A stretch of DNA of 64,000 nt from the human T2T-CHM13v2.0 reference genome, Homo sapiens. Location: NCBI RefSeq assembly GCF_009914755.1, contig NC_060929.1; one strand, given 5' to 3'. Each line of letters starts with the position of its first letter. Position 1 is the stretch's first letter. The position numbers and the translations under genes are program-made. Positions 1 through 12,750 of the stretch are shown here, one piece after another. The notes under the pieces were generated by a model. The model made no database searches. It saw nothing but the letters and a program-made list of their open reading frames with translations, and had not been told where the DNA came from.

Positions 1-70
1 ACCTAAAGTGATCTGCCTGACTTGGTCCCCCAAAGTGCTAGGATTACAGGCATGAGCCACCACACCCCAC
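1..70 (-). mobile_element. Alu left-arm fragment cut by the window edge
   Basis: caaagtgctaggattacaggcatgagccaccacacc is the antisense Alu 5' end. Confidence 0.85.
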
Positions 71-1047
71 CAGGCATAACTCTTAATATTGGCTGAATAC
101 TCAAGGTAGGATTTTTACTACTTATTAATATTTTTTGAAGAAAACTAATTAGCATGATCTTTTGGTTGGGCTAAGAGCATGTTATAAATTAATATTTTAT
201 TAATTACATTGAACAGTAGTGTGTACAATAAATATCTTGGATATTTTCTAGTTAAAGAATTTCACTTGTAAGATTAAGATTGCTATTAAAGCTAACATTT
301 ATGATAGGATCATAATAAGATTAAGAAAGTTTTTAAAGACTCTGCCTCTGTAAAAGCATAAAGTTACTGAGTGAAAGGGTCTAATGATTATGGTATAATG
401 TCATTTGCCATATTCCACACCTTACCATGAACTCTGAGTTTATATTCCAAGTGATATCTAGTACCAATTTCAATTCCAAAGGATCTAGAAGTTACTCATA
501 TTTAATCATTTATGTTATATATTGAACCAATTTCTCATCCTCTGTGAGGACTGCCTCTTAAGTTTTATAAACCTGAAATTTCCCCCTAGGGCCATGTCCA
601 TCTGTACCCAAGTGCTCTGCGTTTCTTGGATCAAGGTGTTCTATTTACAGGCTTTGAATTGCCATGCAGCGTCCATTGATTTCAGATCATGGGTGGAAGT
701 TTGGATAAAGAAGTCATTATCACTTGCCTGTGGACCTCCGTAGACATGGGGTCTCATCCTACTCTGTTCCTACCCTCATTTGACTCTCAAATCCAGGACT
801 ACTTCTTTAGCATAGCTTGGCAGTGGAGCACACCCAACGAAGCTTTAATGACTGATTCCAAAATGATGATTTCAGAGTAAGCATGGGAATCTCATCAGGC
901 CTTCATCTGGAGCTCTTTTCCAAAGTAAATAGTTAGGTAGGTAGTCTGCTCTCATGGAGGTGAAGCATAGCTCCCTGCTAAGCTTGTCCTATAGTAGCTT
1001 CTTTCCAAAGGGCGCTATTTTTGTTTGCTGGACTCAGAATTGGAACA

Positions 1048-2350
1048 GAGGAGGAGGAGCGAGATGGCCAAATGGAAACCTCTACTGATTGTCCTCCCCA
1101 TAGAACGCTAAATTGAATAATTGCCCACACAAAAAAGCACCTTCATAATATCCAAAAATCAGGTGAGTGACCACGGTACCTGGTTTTAACCTCAGATCAC
1201 TGAAAGAGGCACTTAAGAAGATAGAAAAGACAGCCTTGAATTGCTGACACCACCCTACCCTCAACTCCCAGCAGCTGCCATGTGGTGCTGAGAGAAGATC
1301 TGTGCTCTTGGTGGGGAGAGTGCAGTGATTGTGGGACTTAGCATTGGAACTCATTGCTGCCCTGTCAGAAAAGCAACACTGTATAGAACTTAGTCAATGC
1401 CTATGGAGGGAGCATATACACCAGCCCTAGCCAGAGTGGACTCACCCATCCCAGTTGTTGGACCCTTTCTTCTAGCAAGCCCCACCACCATGGGCTAAGA
1501 TGCTATGGGGTCCTAAGTAAACTTGAAAGACAGTCTAGGCCAAGAGGACTGCAATTCCTTGGCAAGTCCTGGTGCTGTGCTGGACTCGAGAAAGTAGACT
1601 TGGGGAACACGTGACCCAGCGAGACACTGGCTAGGACAGCCGAGGGTGTGCTTGCACCACCACTCCCAAAACCCCAGGTAGCACAGCTCACAGCTCTGGG
1701 AGAGACTTCTTTCTGCTTAAAATGAGGAGAAGGAAGAATAAAGAGGACTTTGTCTTGTAACTTGGATACCAGCTCAACCACAGTAGGATAGAGCACTAGC
1801 CGGAGACTTGAGGCTCCCATTCCAGGCCCTAGCTCCTAATGTTATTTCTAGACACACCCTGGGCCAGAAGAGAACCAGCTGCCTTAAAGAGAAGGACTCA
1901 GTCCTGCCACAATTCATTAACTACTGACTAAAAAGCCCTTTGGCCCTGCATAGTTAGCAGTGGTAGCTAGACAGTACTTGCTATGGGCCTTGGGTGAGAT
2001 TCAGAGACATGCTGGCTTCAAGTGTGACTCAGCACATCCCCAGCTATGCTGGCTATGATGAGAGACTCCTTCTGCTTGAGAAAAGGAGGGGGAAGAGTAA
2101 AGCCGACTTTGTCTTGAAGCTTAGGTACCATATTGGCCACAGAGGGATAGAGAACCAAGTGGGCTCTTGGGGTCCATGATTCGAGGCCTTGGCACATGGA
2201 TGGTATTACTGGACTTTTCCTGGGCTAGAGGGGAGCACTGTCCTGAAGGGAGAGTCCCAGGCTCAACAGTATTCATCACAAGCTGACTGAAGGGTCCTTG
2301 GGCCTTGAGTGAACACTGATGTATTTGCTGCAGGCCTGGGGTGGTGGTGG
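1048..2350 (+). mobile_element. Old L1 5' UTR (L1M1/L1MA-type 5' end)
   Basis: Starts gaggagcgagatggccaaatggaa; contains aaaaagcaccttcataa..aaaaatcaggtgag..gtacctggttttaac; internal ~360-bp repeat (gactttgtcttg near 1746 and 2105). Confidence 0.75.
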
Positions 2351-2882
2351 GTCCTGGTTTTCTTTCTACTTTGGCTTTGTTTTTATTCTCTAGGTCTTGG
2401 CTTAACCTGGTCCCTGCCTCTCACTGCTTAAATAGAGTAGTTTAAAGAATACTGATTAATGGATTAATATCAAATTGAAAGGAGCACTTCCAAAACCTGT
2501 GCAGAGTATCTCTCTTGTTCTGTTCTCATATTCATCTATTCCAATGACTTGGAGAGGACAGTGTGCTTGTCAAATTTTCAAACTCTATACAGTAGAACTG
2601 ACATTAATATATTTTATATTTATTCAGTGCTTTGCCATTTCAAAAAATTTCAGGATATGGTATCTCATTTGATTCCAGGAATGATAGGCACAGATGAAAA
2701 GATCAATTTCAGTTCAGTATGAAGGACAGCTTTCCATAAATTGGCCTGTCCAAATGAAACACCAAGCTTCACAAAGAAGTAAGCTCCACACAGTGAAGAC
2801 AGTTTTAGTAAACAGTAAAAGTTGACTCTCAGGGATTTTGTGGAAAGATCCTTGGTTTGAATGAAAGCTTGGATTAAATGGC

Positions 2883-2913
2883 TGTGTGTGTGTATGTGAG
2901 AGAGAGAGAAGAG
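2883..2913. repeat. (TG)n(AG)n microsatellite
   Basis: tgtgtgtgtgtatgtgagagagagagaagag. Confidence 0.8.
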
Positions 2914-4269
2914 AAATACACATTAATTTAAATATATTATCTAGGGAGAGAGAACAATTGAGAACACAGGCTACTGTTTTCTTAAAACCTTTGTTAAGAT
3001 AACTCCCAAATAGACTTTTAATATAGGACCTTAATCACATGTAGTTGAACAATTCAACGTTTTTAAGGTTTTATTTCAAAAGTTCAAGAAGTCTGAAGTA
3101 GTATAGGTCTAGATCATGGTTTCTGGATTACACCAGGGGTGCTGACTCTTCTAAAGATGAAATAGGCCCCAAACTGAAGTGTTAATGAGAATATCTGATG
3201 GTTTAAGGGCAAGTGGAAGCAAGATGCATGTGAGGACTGAAGACATCACACAGGCATAGAAAGAAGGATGCGAGTGTGGAGAGCAGCAGCCTGCAGAAAA
3301 AGCTGGGGTGGCCAGTTGAAGGGAGTGGATATCAAACCAGCATAGGGCAGGGCTAGCATGAGGTCACTGCCCTACTCAATTAGAAGCAGAAGAATTAAAC
3401 CAAATACCAGAACTGGTTTGCTTTGCTTTTTCCATAGTTGGACTAAATGCCTCCCTTCATGACTCCAAGACCAGCTCCAGTGGAATGTTTTAGTGAAATG
3501 CTCACTTGGCTTAGTTTAACTTTGCCTTAAAAAATGATCATTCCATGACTTCTTTGAAAATTTTGTTTAATGATTTTGTGATACTGGGGCAGGTGGGGCA
3601 AGAAAGGAACAGTATAAAGGATTTGGCAACTGAATAGACCAGAGTAAAATATTATTCAGTGTGAGCTTCTGTTCTTGTAAGAACAGAAAAATATCCTCTT
3701 AAATTTTTTTTTATTATTTGAATAATATTAAACTAAATGCTTATAATAAAGTTAGGCAGAAACATTTAGAAATTATAATTATAATCCAGTTTATTTGTTT
3801 AAGAAACACTTGTATGCTATATACCAGGCGTTGTGCTTGGAACAAGTTTTTAAAAAGTAATTTTTAAAGCCCTTACAACCTATTCAGCACACACACAAAC
3901 ACAACTGCATAATTTTAATTCTTTTTCAGTTTGATAGTAGTAATCTTCCCTTGGGCCAACACATTTTCTTTTAGATTCCACTGAGGTGGTTTTTTTTTTT
4001 AAGGTAGTATGTAATATTTTAATCTCTTGCCATCTTTCATATTTGACTCATCAAGAAAAGGTTGTGAAAAGTCTTAGTTTGCCCTTTTTTTATCTTACAT
4101 TTTTTTTAATCTTACATCTGCATTGCCACTGACAGGAATGCCTTAGTAATATTCCTAGAGATTCCAGATGTTCTTCAAATTTTACCGTATGCCTGCCACT
4201 TGGAAAGTGTTCAGTATAGTATATGTTGCTTTTTTTTTTTCCAGAGTAACTTGATTATAAATTACAGAC

Positions 4270-5367
4270 AATGCTCTGTAAGTAAGTTAAACACCTAGCA
4301 CCCAGATCTTGGTTTTGTTGTTGTTTAACCATTCTACATTAAAAAGAACCAGGGTTCCTTGGAGAAACATCTGATTCTAGGACTAGGGCAGGAAATATAC
4401 AAGACAAGCCTGGAGCACCTTACAGTGTCAGAAGGCAAGGCAGTTCTCAACAACAAAACAATAAAACAAACAGAACCCAAAGACCACAGTGATGGGGATC
4501 TGTCAAAAAGACACAGAAGCCAACTGAAAGAGCTCCTAATAGCCAAAGCTGAAACATTTGAGCAACAAAAGCAAGTAGTATTAGATTATAACCCACAGTA
4601 TAAAATAAATATTTATGACTCCAAATGACGTAAAAAATGATTGAATAAAAGAATAAGTAGGCGAGACTAGACAATTTTTTCATGCAAAAGAACAAGTCTG
4701 CCCTCAAGGAGGTGAAGCATAACTCCCTACTCCTTAAGTTTGCCCTGTGTATAATAACTTCTTTCCAAAGAGTAAAATAAGGAAAGGTAAATTAGAGTCA
4801 CTTTAGAGTATAGAACCCTGACAAACACTGCCCCAGCCAGGTGGTCAAGGTTAATATCAGCAGTCATAAGTCATAATAGATAGTATGTACTCTTGATGTG
4901 ATAAGAGTGGCACTTTAACTCTGTGCTCTTTCTCCCAAACACCCATAATTGTATGCTAATTATGAAAAAAAAAATTAAACAAATCACAATTGCAGAACAG
5001 CCTATAAAATACTTAACTGGCACACCTCCAAACTATCAAGGCTAATAAAATCAAGAAAAATCTGAGAAACTGTCACAGCTAAGAAGAGCTTAAGGAGACA
5101 TGATGACTAAATGTAATAGGGTATCTTGATGGGAACTTGGAACAGAAAAAGGACACTAGGAAAAAACTAAGAAAATCTGAATAAAGCATGGACTTTACTT
5201 AATAACAATATATCATATTAGTTCATTAATCATAACAAATATTGCATACAAATTTATTGTCATTAATATTTGGGGAAACTGGGCATGAAGTATATGGTAA
5301 CTCTTTGTATTATCTTCACAATTTTTCTCTATATCTAAAACTATTTTAAAATAAAATTTTATTAAAA
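4270..5367 (+). mobile_element. L1MC-family 3' end (L1MC3/L1MC4-like)
   Basis: aaaagaaccagggttccttggagaaa..ctagggcaggaaatatacaag; ends ctttgtattatcttcacaatttttc..aaaactattttaaaataaaa. Confidence 0.7.
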
Positions 5368-5654
5368 GAAATCTAAATATGTGATCTTGTGAGTAAGTAG
5401 AAATTCTGTTATCCACCTTTCAAAGTTGTAAGATCTGGTACTATTTGAGATAATCTCAGTGTCCGGAATCACTGCATTTTGAAGGTATGAATGATTATAT
5501 GTCTTGGTGTGTCTTGGAGGCACTTTGCTAATAATGCTTTTTAAAAAAACATTTGTAAAAACAAAAGGTAATGAGCTGTCCATATTCAGAGACATTAATT
5601 CCTTTGGATCCCTCAGGCAGCATTACATGTCCTGGTAAAAAGCAATGGATTAAC

Positions 5655-5960
5655 TCTGTTCTGTCCAATACTGTAGCTATTAGCATATGTGATTACTGAG
5701 CACTTGAAATGTAGCTGGATAAAACTGAGATGTGCTATTGGTACAAAATACATACTAGATTTTAAAAACAAAAGCAAAATATTTTGTTAATAGTTTTTTA
5801 TACTGTTTACATGTCAAAATTATGTTTTGGATATAGTGGGTTAACTTAATATATTGTTAAAATTTATAACACTTGCTTTTTTTTATTCTAGTATGGCTAA
5901 TTGTAGCCACTTGAAATTTAAAAATAGATGTGTGGCTCACATGTCTATTAGACAGTGCTG
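5655..5960. mobile_element. MER33-like hAT-Charlie MITE
   Basis: Termini ctgtccaata / tattagacagtgctg; internal gagcacttgaaatgtagct..ctgagatgtgct. Confidence 0.65.
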
Positions 5961-8900
5961 GATTAAGTGGATCCTCGGAGACTGGAAGAGTTAATGGATT
6001 TCCCAAAAGCAAACAACGTCCCTCAGAGAAATTGTCAGACTCTGTTGTGGGTTTCTAGGCTCTCACCACAAATAGCTGGATATGTGCAACATTAAGGCAA
6101 TTTCCCGGAGATGACTCTTGCCACCATGAAAAGCCACCTGCAGTGACAAGAGGCTTTCTTGATTTTTCTCTCTTATTTCCTTGAAGATTGTGCTTAAAAA
6201 GGAATGTTGGAGAGTAGTTTCTTGAAGGATTTGTGAGTGAGGAAATTAAAATGTATAAGGAAATATGAACCACTATATAGAGCACTTCTAATGCTACCTT
6301 TTTTTTTGGATGGGTTTGCCTTGGAGTTGGAGATGTAGTTTTTTCCAAACCTCTTTGGAACAACATATTTTAAAGCATGAAAATATTCTAAGGCAGTATC
6401 CACATTACAATAAAGCAACTGGCAGAAAAATGAAATGTTAACAACTTAGTTGTTTGGACTACAGAGACTATCAGACAACCAACATGAACAATGCACAGGA
6501 GACATCTTACTTTGCTAAATGTAAATTTCCTCTTGGTAGATGAGTGAGGAAGAACAAGTTCCAGCTGGTTGGCGGGCAGGCGGAGGGGTGTGGAAAATGT
6601 GTGTGGGTTTTTTTTGAAAAAAATTATTTTTAACAAAATTGTGTTTTTTAAGTTGTATTTCCTTGAGTACATTATCTTGAGAAAAAAAGAAAGAAAAGCC
6701 AAACAGAGTGTTTTAGTTTTACATAAGTAATATAGGTAGATCTGATCATAAATTCCTAAATTTTACCAAAGTTTGTCATTATAAGCAAGATAAATCAATT
6801 GTCAGTAATTACTGTCACCCTCTGCTCTGAGTGGCTCTTAGAAGGAAATTATGTGAAGAGAGATAAGCCCTGTTTTTTCAAGTAAGAGCCTTGGGGAAAG
6901 GGCTCAGGGTACAGCTTGCCTCACTCTGATGGGCAGAATTGAGTGTTGGATGTTAGGAGACGACAGCATAAAAATACTGTGTTATAATTTATGATTTGAC
7001 TATTCATGCAATGCCACTTACGTTGGCACTGCAGGAGATTTACCTTAAAATTATATCAAATAACCTAGGCTAGCAATCTATGTATTTACACATGCAAGAG
7101 ATGGATGAGAAAGTGGAGGCACAGGAAGCCAAGTTATTTGTAGTTGTATAGTCACACAGGGGTTCTAGACCGGTGGTCTATAATCCTAGGCTCTTTGTAT
7201 GAGCCTTCTCTGCCTCTCTTACAAATACCATGCACAGCTATCACACCTAACCAGTGTACTAGAAGATTACAAGACACCTAAATGCCAGGTTGGAGAAGCA
7301 CAGGTTGATTGAGCTTGATTCTTTAAGCTGAAAGCAGAAAGTCTGCTTCTACCTTTTCCTGTAGTCTCCCGGAGAGACCATCCCTCCTCAGCATTATGGG
7401 AGCTGCTCTTTGTTAAAGGCTCTGTCTGAGTGGTGTATTTTTGCCTCAGAGGCTCAATTTGATCAATTCATATGCCTATGTAAAAACCACCAAGCTTCTA
7501 AAGCGATCACATTAGGCTCACGGTGGGAGTCTCTACACATGAAGAGCAGGACATGTGTCCACTGCATTTCAGCATCTGTGCAGGACAGCCGTGCGTGCTG
7601 CTCTGCCCTGGGCAGAAGCTGTCTCAGTTGGCCTGCTTTATTCCAGCTCTGAAACCCAAGTCCCATGCTAAGGGCCAGAGGAGAGGTTCATGCTGCATTA
7701 GGCTAGCTCTGCTGAGAAAGGCTGGAGAAACACATCAGTAATAATTTAGCACTCAGCAGCTGCAAGAGTGCAGGCCCCTGCCAAGTGCCAGCCTTTGGTT
7801 CTCCTCTCTACCAGGCAGTAGCTAGTTCATTCTCTGGGCACTCAGCCACATTTCAGAGAGAGCCGTACTGGTGATGGCTGGGACAGCACAGACACACAGG
7901 ACAGCACAGACACATAGCCCCCTCAACAAGGCACTACTGTGAACTATCCTGCTGCACAAACTGTGTTTAAGAATTGAGACGTTAGCAGCTAAGAGGATAC
8001 AGGGAATGGTTGACTTAAAGAATTATAAAGCCAGTGATAAAATATAAAGTTCTAAATAAACACATTATAATAAGCAGAACATGATTTAGAATACATGCTG
8101 CTGAGTGGCTTCTAAATGAGACCCAATTTTAAATACACAGATTCTGGAGCTCAATTTGTTTCCTAACTGAAAAATAAATAAACAATCCACCATTTCCTGT
8201 CAGATCCCAGGGTGGTTTCCTGGAACCAAAAGAATCAATCATTCCAAACATAAGATAATCAATGTATTGGAGTGGGGGCGGGGGCAGGAAGGGGCGGGAG
8301 GAGAGGTAGGGTTTATGAAGCCTTGGCTGCCTCAGCAGTGTGTAGAAGGCATCTCAAATCTACCCAACATAAAATCTCATTCATATCCCCCTAGTTTTTC
8401 ACCCTTAATCTCATCTAGATCAGATCTATGATTTCAACGACAAACCTTGTTCACCATGGCATTATTGCAGCACTCTATTTTTATTGGAAATGGCAGCTCT
8501 TATTCCAACAGACCCCTTGGCTTCTGTGTGTGGCAATCTGAGTTTGTGTCAGTTGTCAGCCTAAGGGGTTAAAATTCATTTTAAATAGCAGCACGGTGGG
8601 TGCAATCCTTCCTTTCACTTGCCTTGGGAATAATTTAGCAATCTGCATTTAAAGTCACAAAGTCTATTTGGGTTTGAGAGAGCAAATTTTATGACAATTA
8701 GACTTGTTTTTTGAAGGTGAAGGAAAAACCAAAATGGCCATTTAATAGACATTGAGCTAATCTGACATGTTGCAGGAAAATTTTTGAAGGCTAACAATAG
8801 GTTAATTCTGTAATACTTAAGATAGATGATAATGCTATTGCAGTCAACATGTTTTTTAAATCTGTATACTTTTTTTTTTTTTTTCAAGAAAGAAAGAACC

Positions 8901-10151
8901 TTGAAGCATCCTGTGGTCTTAATCTCTTAGGCGTTCTAAGGAATTCTTCAGCCAATTAATAAAGTGCCCCTTCACTTGAAGTCTATGAAAGCCAACATTT
9001 GTGGTGAGCAGGGAACGTCAGTTAATCACATATTAGGGATGATTCCTTTGTTCATTGTGCAAAAGTGGTTTCTAGCAGACATTCTTATATTCCCATACAC
9101 AATATTTATCTTCTGAAAGCCAAACGAATTCAAACAAGCCAATGTGACCTTTAAATAGTGTTTTTTTTCTGTCTCTTGGAAAACAATTAAGGGGTTTCAC
9201 TATATTAGTGGGATTTCCCCTTTCTTCAGTCTTCAAAAGATTTTTCTTTCATCTTTTTCTTTCTCTCCAGCTACAAAATGTGCTCATTACGGGCCTGTCA
9301 GCTACAAAAGGGAGACTTTTTCTTTTTCAGCAGGTATGAAAATCTCAATAGCTTCTTTAATCTCCAGAGAGTTCTCTTCTGCTCTATTTAATAAAACTCA
9401 GCACTTCAGTTATCAGAGTCATTAGAAGGAAGCAGGATTGGAAGAAGGAGCCTTAATTTATTTTGGTGACATATGTAATTAAACCATTTTTTTCCCAATG
9501 GCTCTATATTTTTCCACTACCTTTTTTTTCTTTCAGAATATTTCTGAAGAAAATCTCCTCATATGGAAAATGAAGATTAAGCAGCAATAAAATAAAATAC
9601 CCACTCCTTCAGAAGCCAAAATAATTCTTTTACCAGGCAATTAGCACAAATAAGGGCCAGGATGCCATTCACCCCCAAATAAACCTGATTCCCTTGAATA
9701 TCATTGGCACTTTTTTTACTGTCTTTTTCTCTCAACTAATCTGAAACATATTTGATGAGCCAAGTTTGCTCGATGGTCCTGTACAAAAGGATGTGAGTTT
9801 GATAACATTAAAGGGCTACAAATCTCTGTGCACTGTAGACATGACAGAGAAAGTGGATAAAGTGCATCTTCTGAAGCTACAGTCAGAAATCCAGCACTAC
9901 GTTAGCACATGGCAACCAAGCTCAATTAATTATTTTTTTCTAGTTAATTATTCCTTAAGGAACCAAAAAAGTTAAAAAGTTGCAATTAGTTGAAAATACA
10001 AAATATTCTAAAAATTATCAACCTTAGGTCTGGGGGAAAGTGGATTTCAATGGCTCTCCACTGTCACCCATATCTCGGTACCCCAAAATTTAGTGGGTGT
10101 GTTATAGAATAAGCCCTCCCCCTAATCCTAACTGATGATTAATTCAAATGA

Positions 10152-10240
10152 TTTTTTTTTTTTTTTGGAGACGGAGTCTCGCTCTGTTGTCCAGGCTGGA
10201 GTGCAGTGGCACAATCTCGGCTCACTGCAACCTCTGACTC
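10152..10240 (-). mobile_element. 5'-truncated Alu (last ~90 bp)
   Basis: T15 then gagacggagtctcgctctgttgtccaggctggagtgcagtgg. Confidence 0.9.
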
Positions 10241-11258
10241 AAGGTTAATCCATCAATTGATGATCATTCCTTGTACAGTCAGCTGGTGTTTTGTGACGTT
10301 CTTCACATGCAGTTGTCGATTCAGTGTATTTAATAAACAGAAACAAAAGCTCTGTAACACGAAGCAAAATTTTCTCTAACTTGCCCTTAGTATCCAAGGT
10401 CAATTATTTTATTATAGCTATATAGATTAACCTGACAATCTTTATTCCCTAGAAATCAATGCTAGTTCTCAATAAATCTCTATTCTATATGTAAAATATA
10501 TTTAAACATTAACTTCTATACATTTTTTTCATATTTTTCCACTATATTATTAAAGTGTTCAGGGCTACAATTTCTAGTCTTTATGGAATGAAATCAGAAA
10601 CATGAATTTCATTGAGGAGTGAATTGGAAACCTGTGAAGATTACGGATGACATATGCACCATATGGAAAACATTGTTCAAAATTCAAATTATACCTTTCA
10701 AGTGTCTCTCACATCTCAATATGGTTTTGTTTTTCTAATATAAAAAGGTCAAATCACTGGTATTAGGTGTCTTTTGCCTAGATTGGATATCCTGCGGTAC
10801 CAAGAGTCTTTTTTGTTTTGTTTTGTTTTTCTACTTCCACATCTCCTGGTATTAGTCTATTCCTTCTCTCTCCCCAACCTACCTCATCCCATGCATTCTC
10901 TTCTTCCTGTTCAGCCTTCCTTACCAGAAAAAGAAAACAAAACTCATGATGTCATGGAAAAGTCAACCAAAGTAAACCATCGTGACAATTACGTGGAAAA
11001 CAACAAAAACACAAGTAATTAAAACTAAATTGTAAAGAAAGAGCCAAGATTCCCAGTAATCTGAAAATAAGAGGGGGAAAATCTCACTTTTAAAATTTAT
11101 TTAAAATGTACAAAGACAACAAAATAGGATATAGGGTAGGTGGCCACAAATGCTGGTGGAGTTTCCTCTAGATCTACTTAAGGAAACACCACATATGTGG
11201 TATAGCCAAAACCAGTTTCCCTGGCAAGAAGAGAGAGTAGTTATTATACGAGTGCCAC

Positions 11259-11552
<294 letters not shown>

Positions 11553-11669
11553 CAGTACCACTTTTTTATACAAACATATTTCACTGGTTTCAACACTGAT
11601 AGCATTCATTGTTGCTTTCTTCTTTTTAGTAACATTTTCATTTATCTAGCCTACAAAAATCTGAGGTAT

Positions 11670-11920
11670 ATGACATGAAGAGTTCTGACCCTGGTGTCAA
11701 ACCGTCTAGGTCTCAGCCTGGAGCCACCACTTTCTAACACTGTGACTAGTCACTCAATCTCATGAAGCCTTATTTTATTTAGCTACAAAATGGGAATAAC
11801 AATAGTATTTACTTCATAGGATTATTGTGAGGTGTTAATAAGATCATGAATGGAAAGCAACATGTCTGACATACCTCAAGTATGCCACGAATCTCACAGT
11901 TATTAGCACTGTTATTTTTA
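11670..11920 (+). mobile_element. MIR
   Basis: Core aaaatgggaataacaatagtatttacttcataggattattgtgagg. Confidence 0.75.
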
Positions 11921-12020
11921 TTACTATTAAACTCTATGACTTGAGTTCTTGAATCAGAAAACACTCTACAGTGCCCACTCCATTGGGGTTGCAAATTTTT
12001 CATCTTAAAATCCTTCTATA

Positions 12021-12205
12021 CTAGTGGTTCTCAGGCTTTAGTCTGCATCAGAATCACCTAGAAGCCTTGCTAAAATCACAGATTGCTGGGCTCCACTCTT
12101 AGAGTTTCTGATTTAAAAGTTTGGGGTGGGCCCAAGACTCAGTATTTCCAACAAGTTTCCAATAGTAATGATGCCACTAGTCATGGATCACGCTCCGGTG
12201 TTCCA
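12021..12205 (+). mobile_element. MER5A
   Basis: agtggttctca..gcatcagaatcacctagaagccttgctaaaa..cagattgctgggc..agagtttctgatt. Confidence 0.8.
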
Positions 12206-12312
12206 TACCAGGGATTGGCAAACTTTTTGTATAAAGTTTCAGATTGACCATTACTAAATACATCTCTAAAATATTCTAGTCCCTTAAGTCAAATGAGGCA
12301 AGTGAATTAGAT

Positions 12313-12481
12313 CAGTGGTTTTCAAACATTTTCTAACAGTGAGGCCCTTTCTTTAAATAAAGTCTTATGCAGAATTCAAAAACTGCTACCCAAATGGGCG
12401 CCCAAAACTCTGCTTTCCTTCTTCTGCAATCTCAGGAATTATCTATGCCTTGGAGGAGAAAGAACAGTTTGAAAAATACTG
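12313..12481. mobile_element. Short hAT-Charlie MITE, subfamily not resolved
   Basis: Inverted termini cagtggttttcaaac / gtttgaaaaatactg. Confidence 0.45.
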
Positions 12482-12504
12482 GCAGTGGTGATCTGGAGAC
12501 TGGA

Positions 12505-12750
12505 ATTAGTCAAGAACACAGTGTTGGTGTCTGACAGACATGGATTCCGGTTCAAACTCTGCTGCATCCACTCTCTATCTGACCATGGATAAGTTACTTA
12601 ACTTAGTAAACTTCATTTTTCTCATTTATAAACAGAATAATAACAGCACTGATCTTATTGGGTTGTTTCCAGAACCGAGAGATAGTGCATTGGAAGTCCC
12701 CAGCACGGTTTCTGGCACTGTGAGAGCTCACATGTTAACAGTGATTAAGG
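12505..12750 (+). mobile_element. MIR
   Basis: ggttcaaactctgctgc..tgaccatggataagttacttaac..ttttctcatttataaa. Confidence 0.7.

Noticed and set aside
955-1012. Similarity to 4707-4770 (ggaggtgaagcata..ctccct..cttctttccaaag)
   Set aside because: Best explained as two diverged copies of the same L1MC-type repeat, not a local duplication
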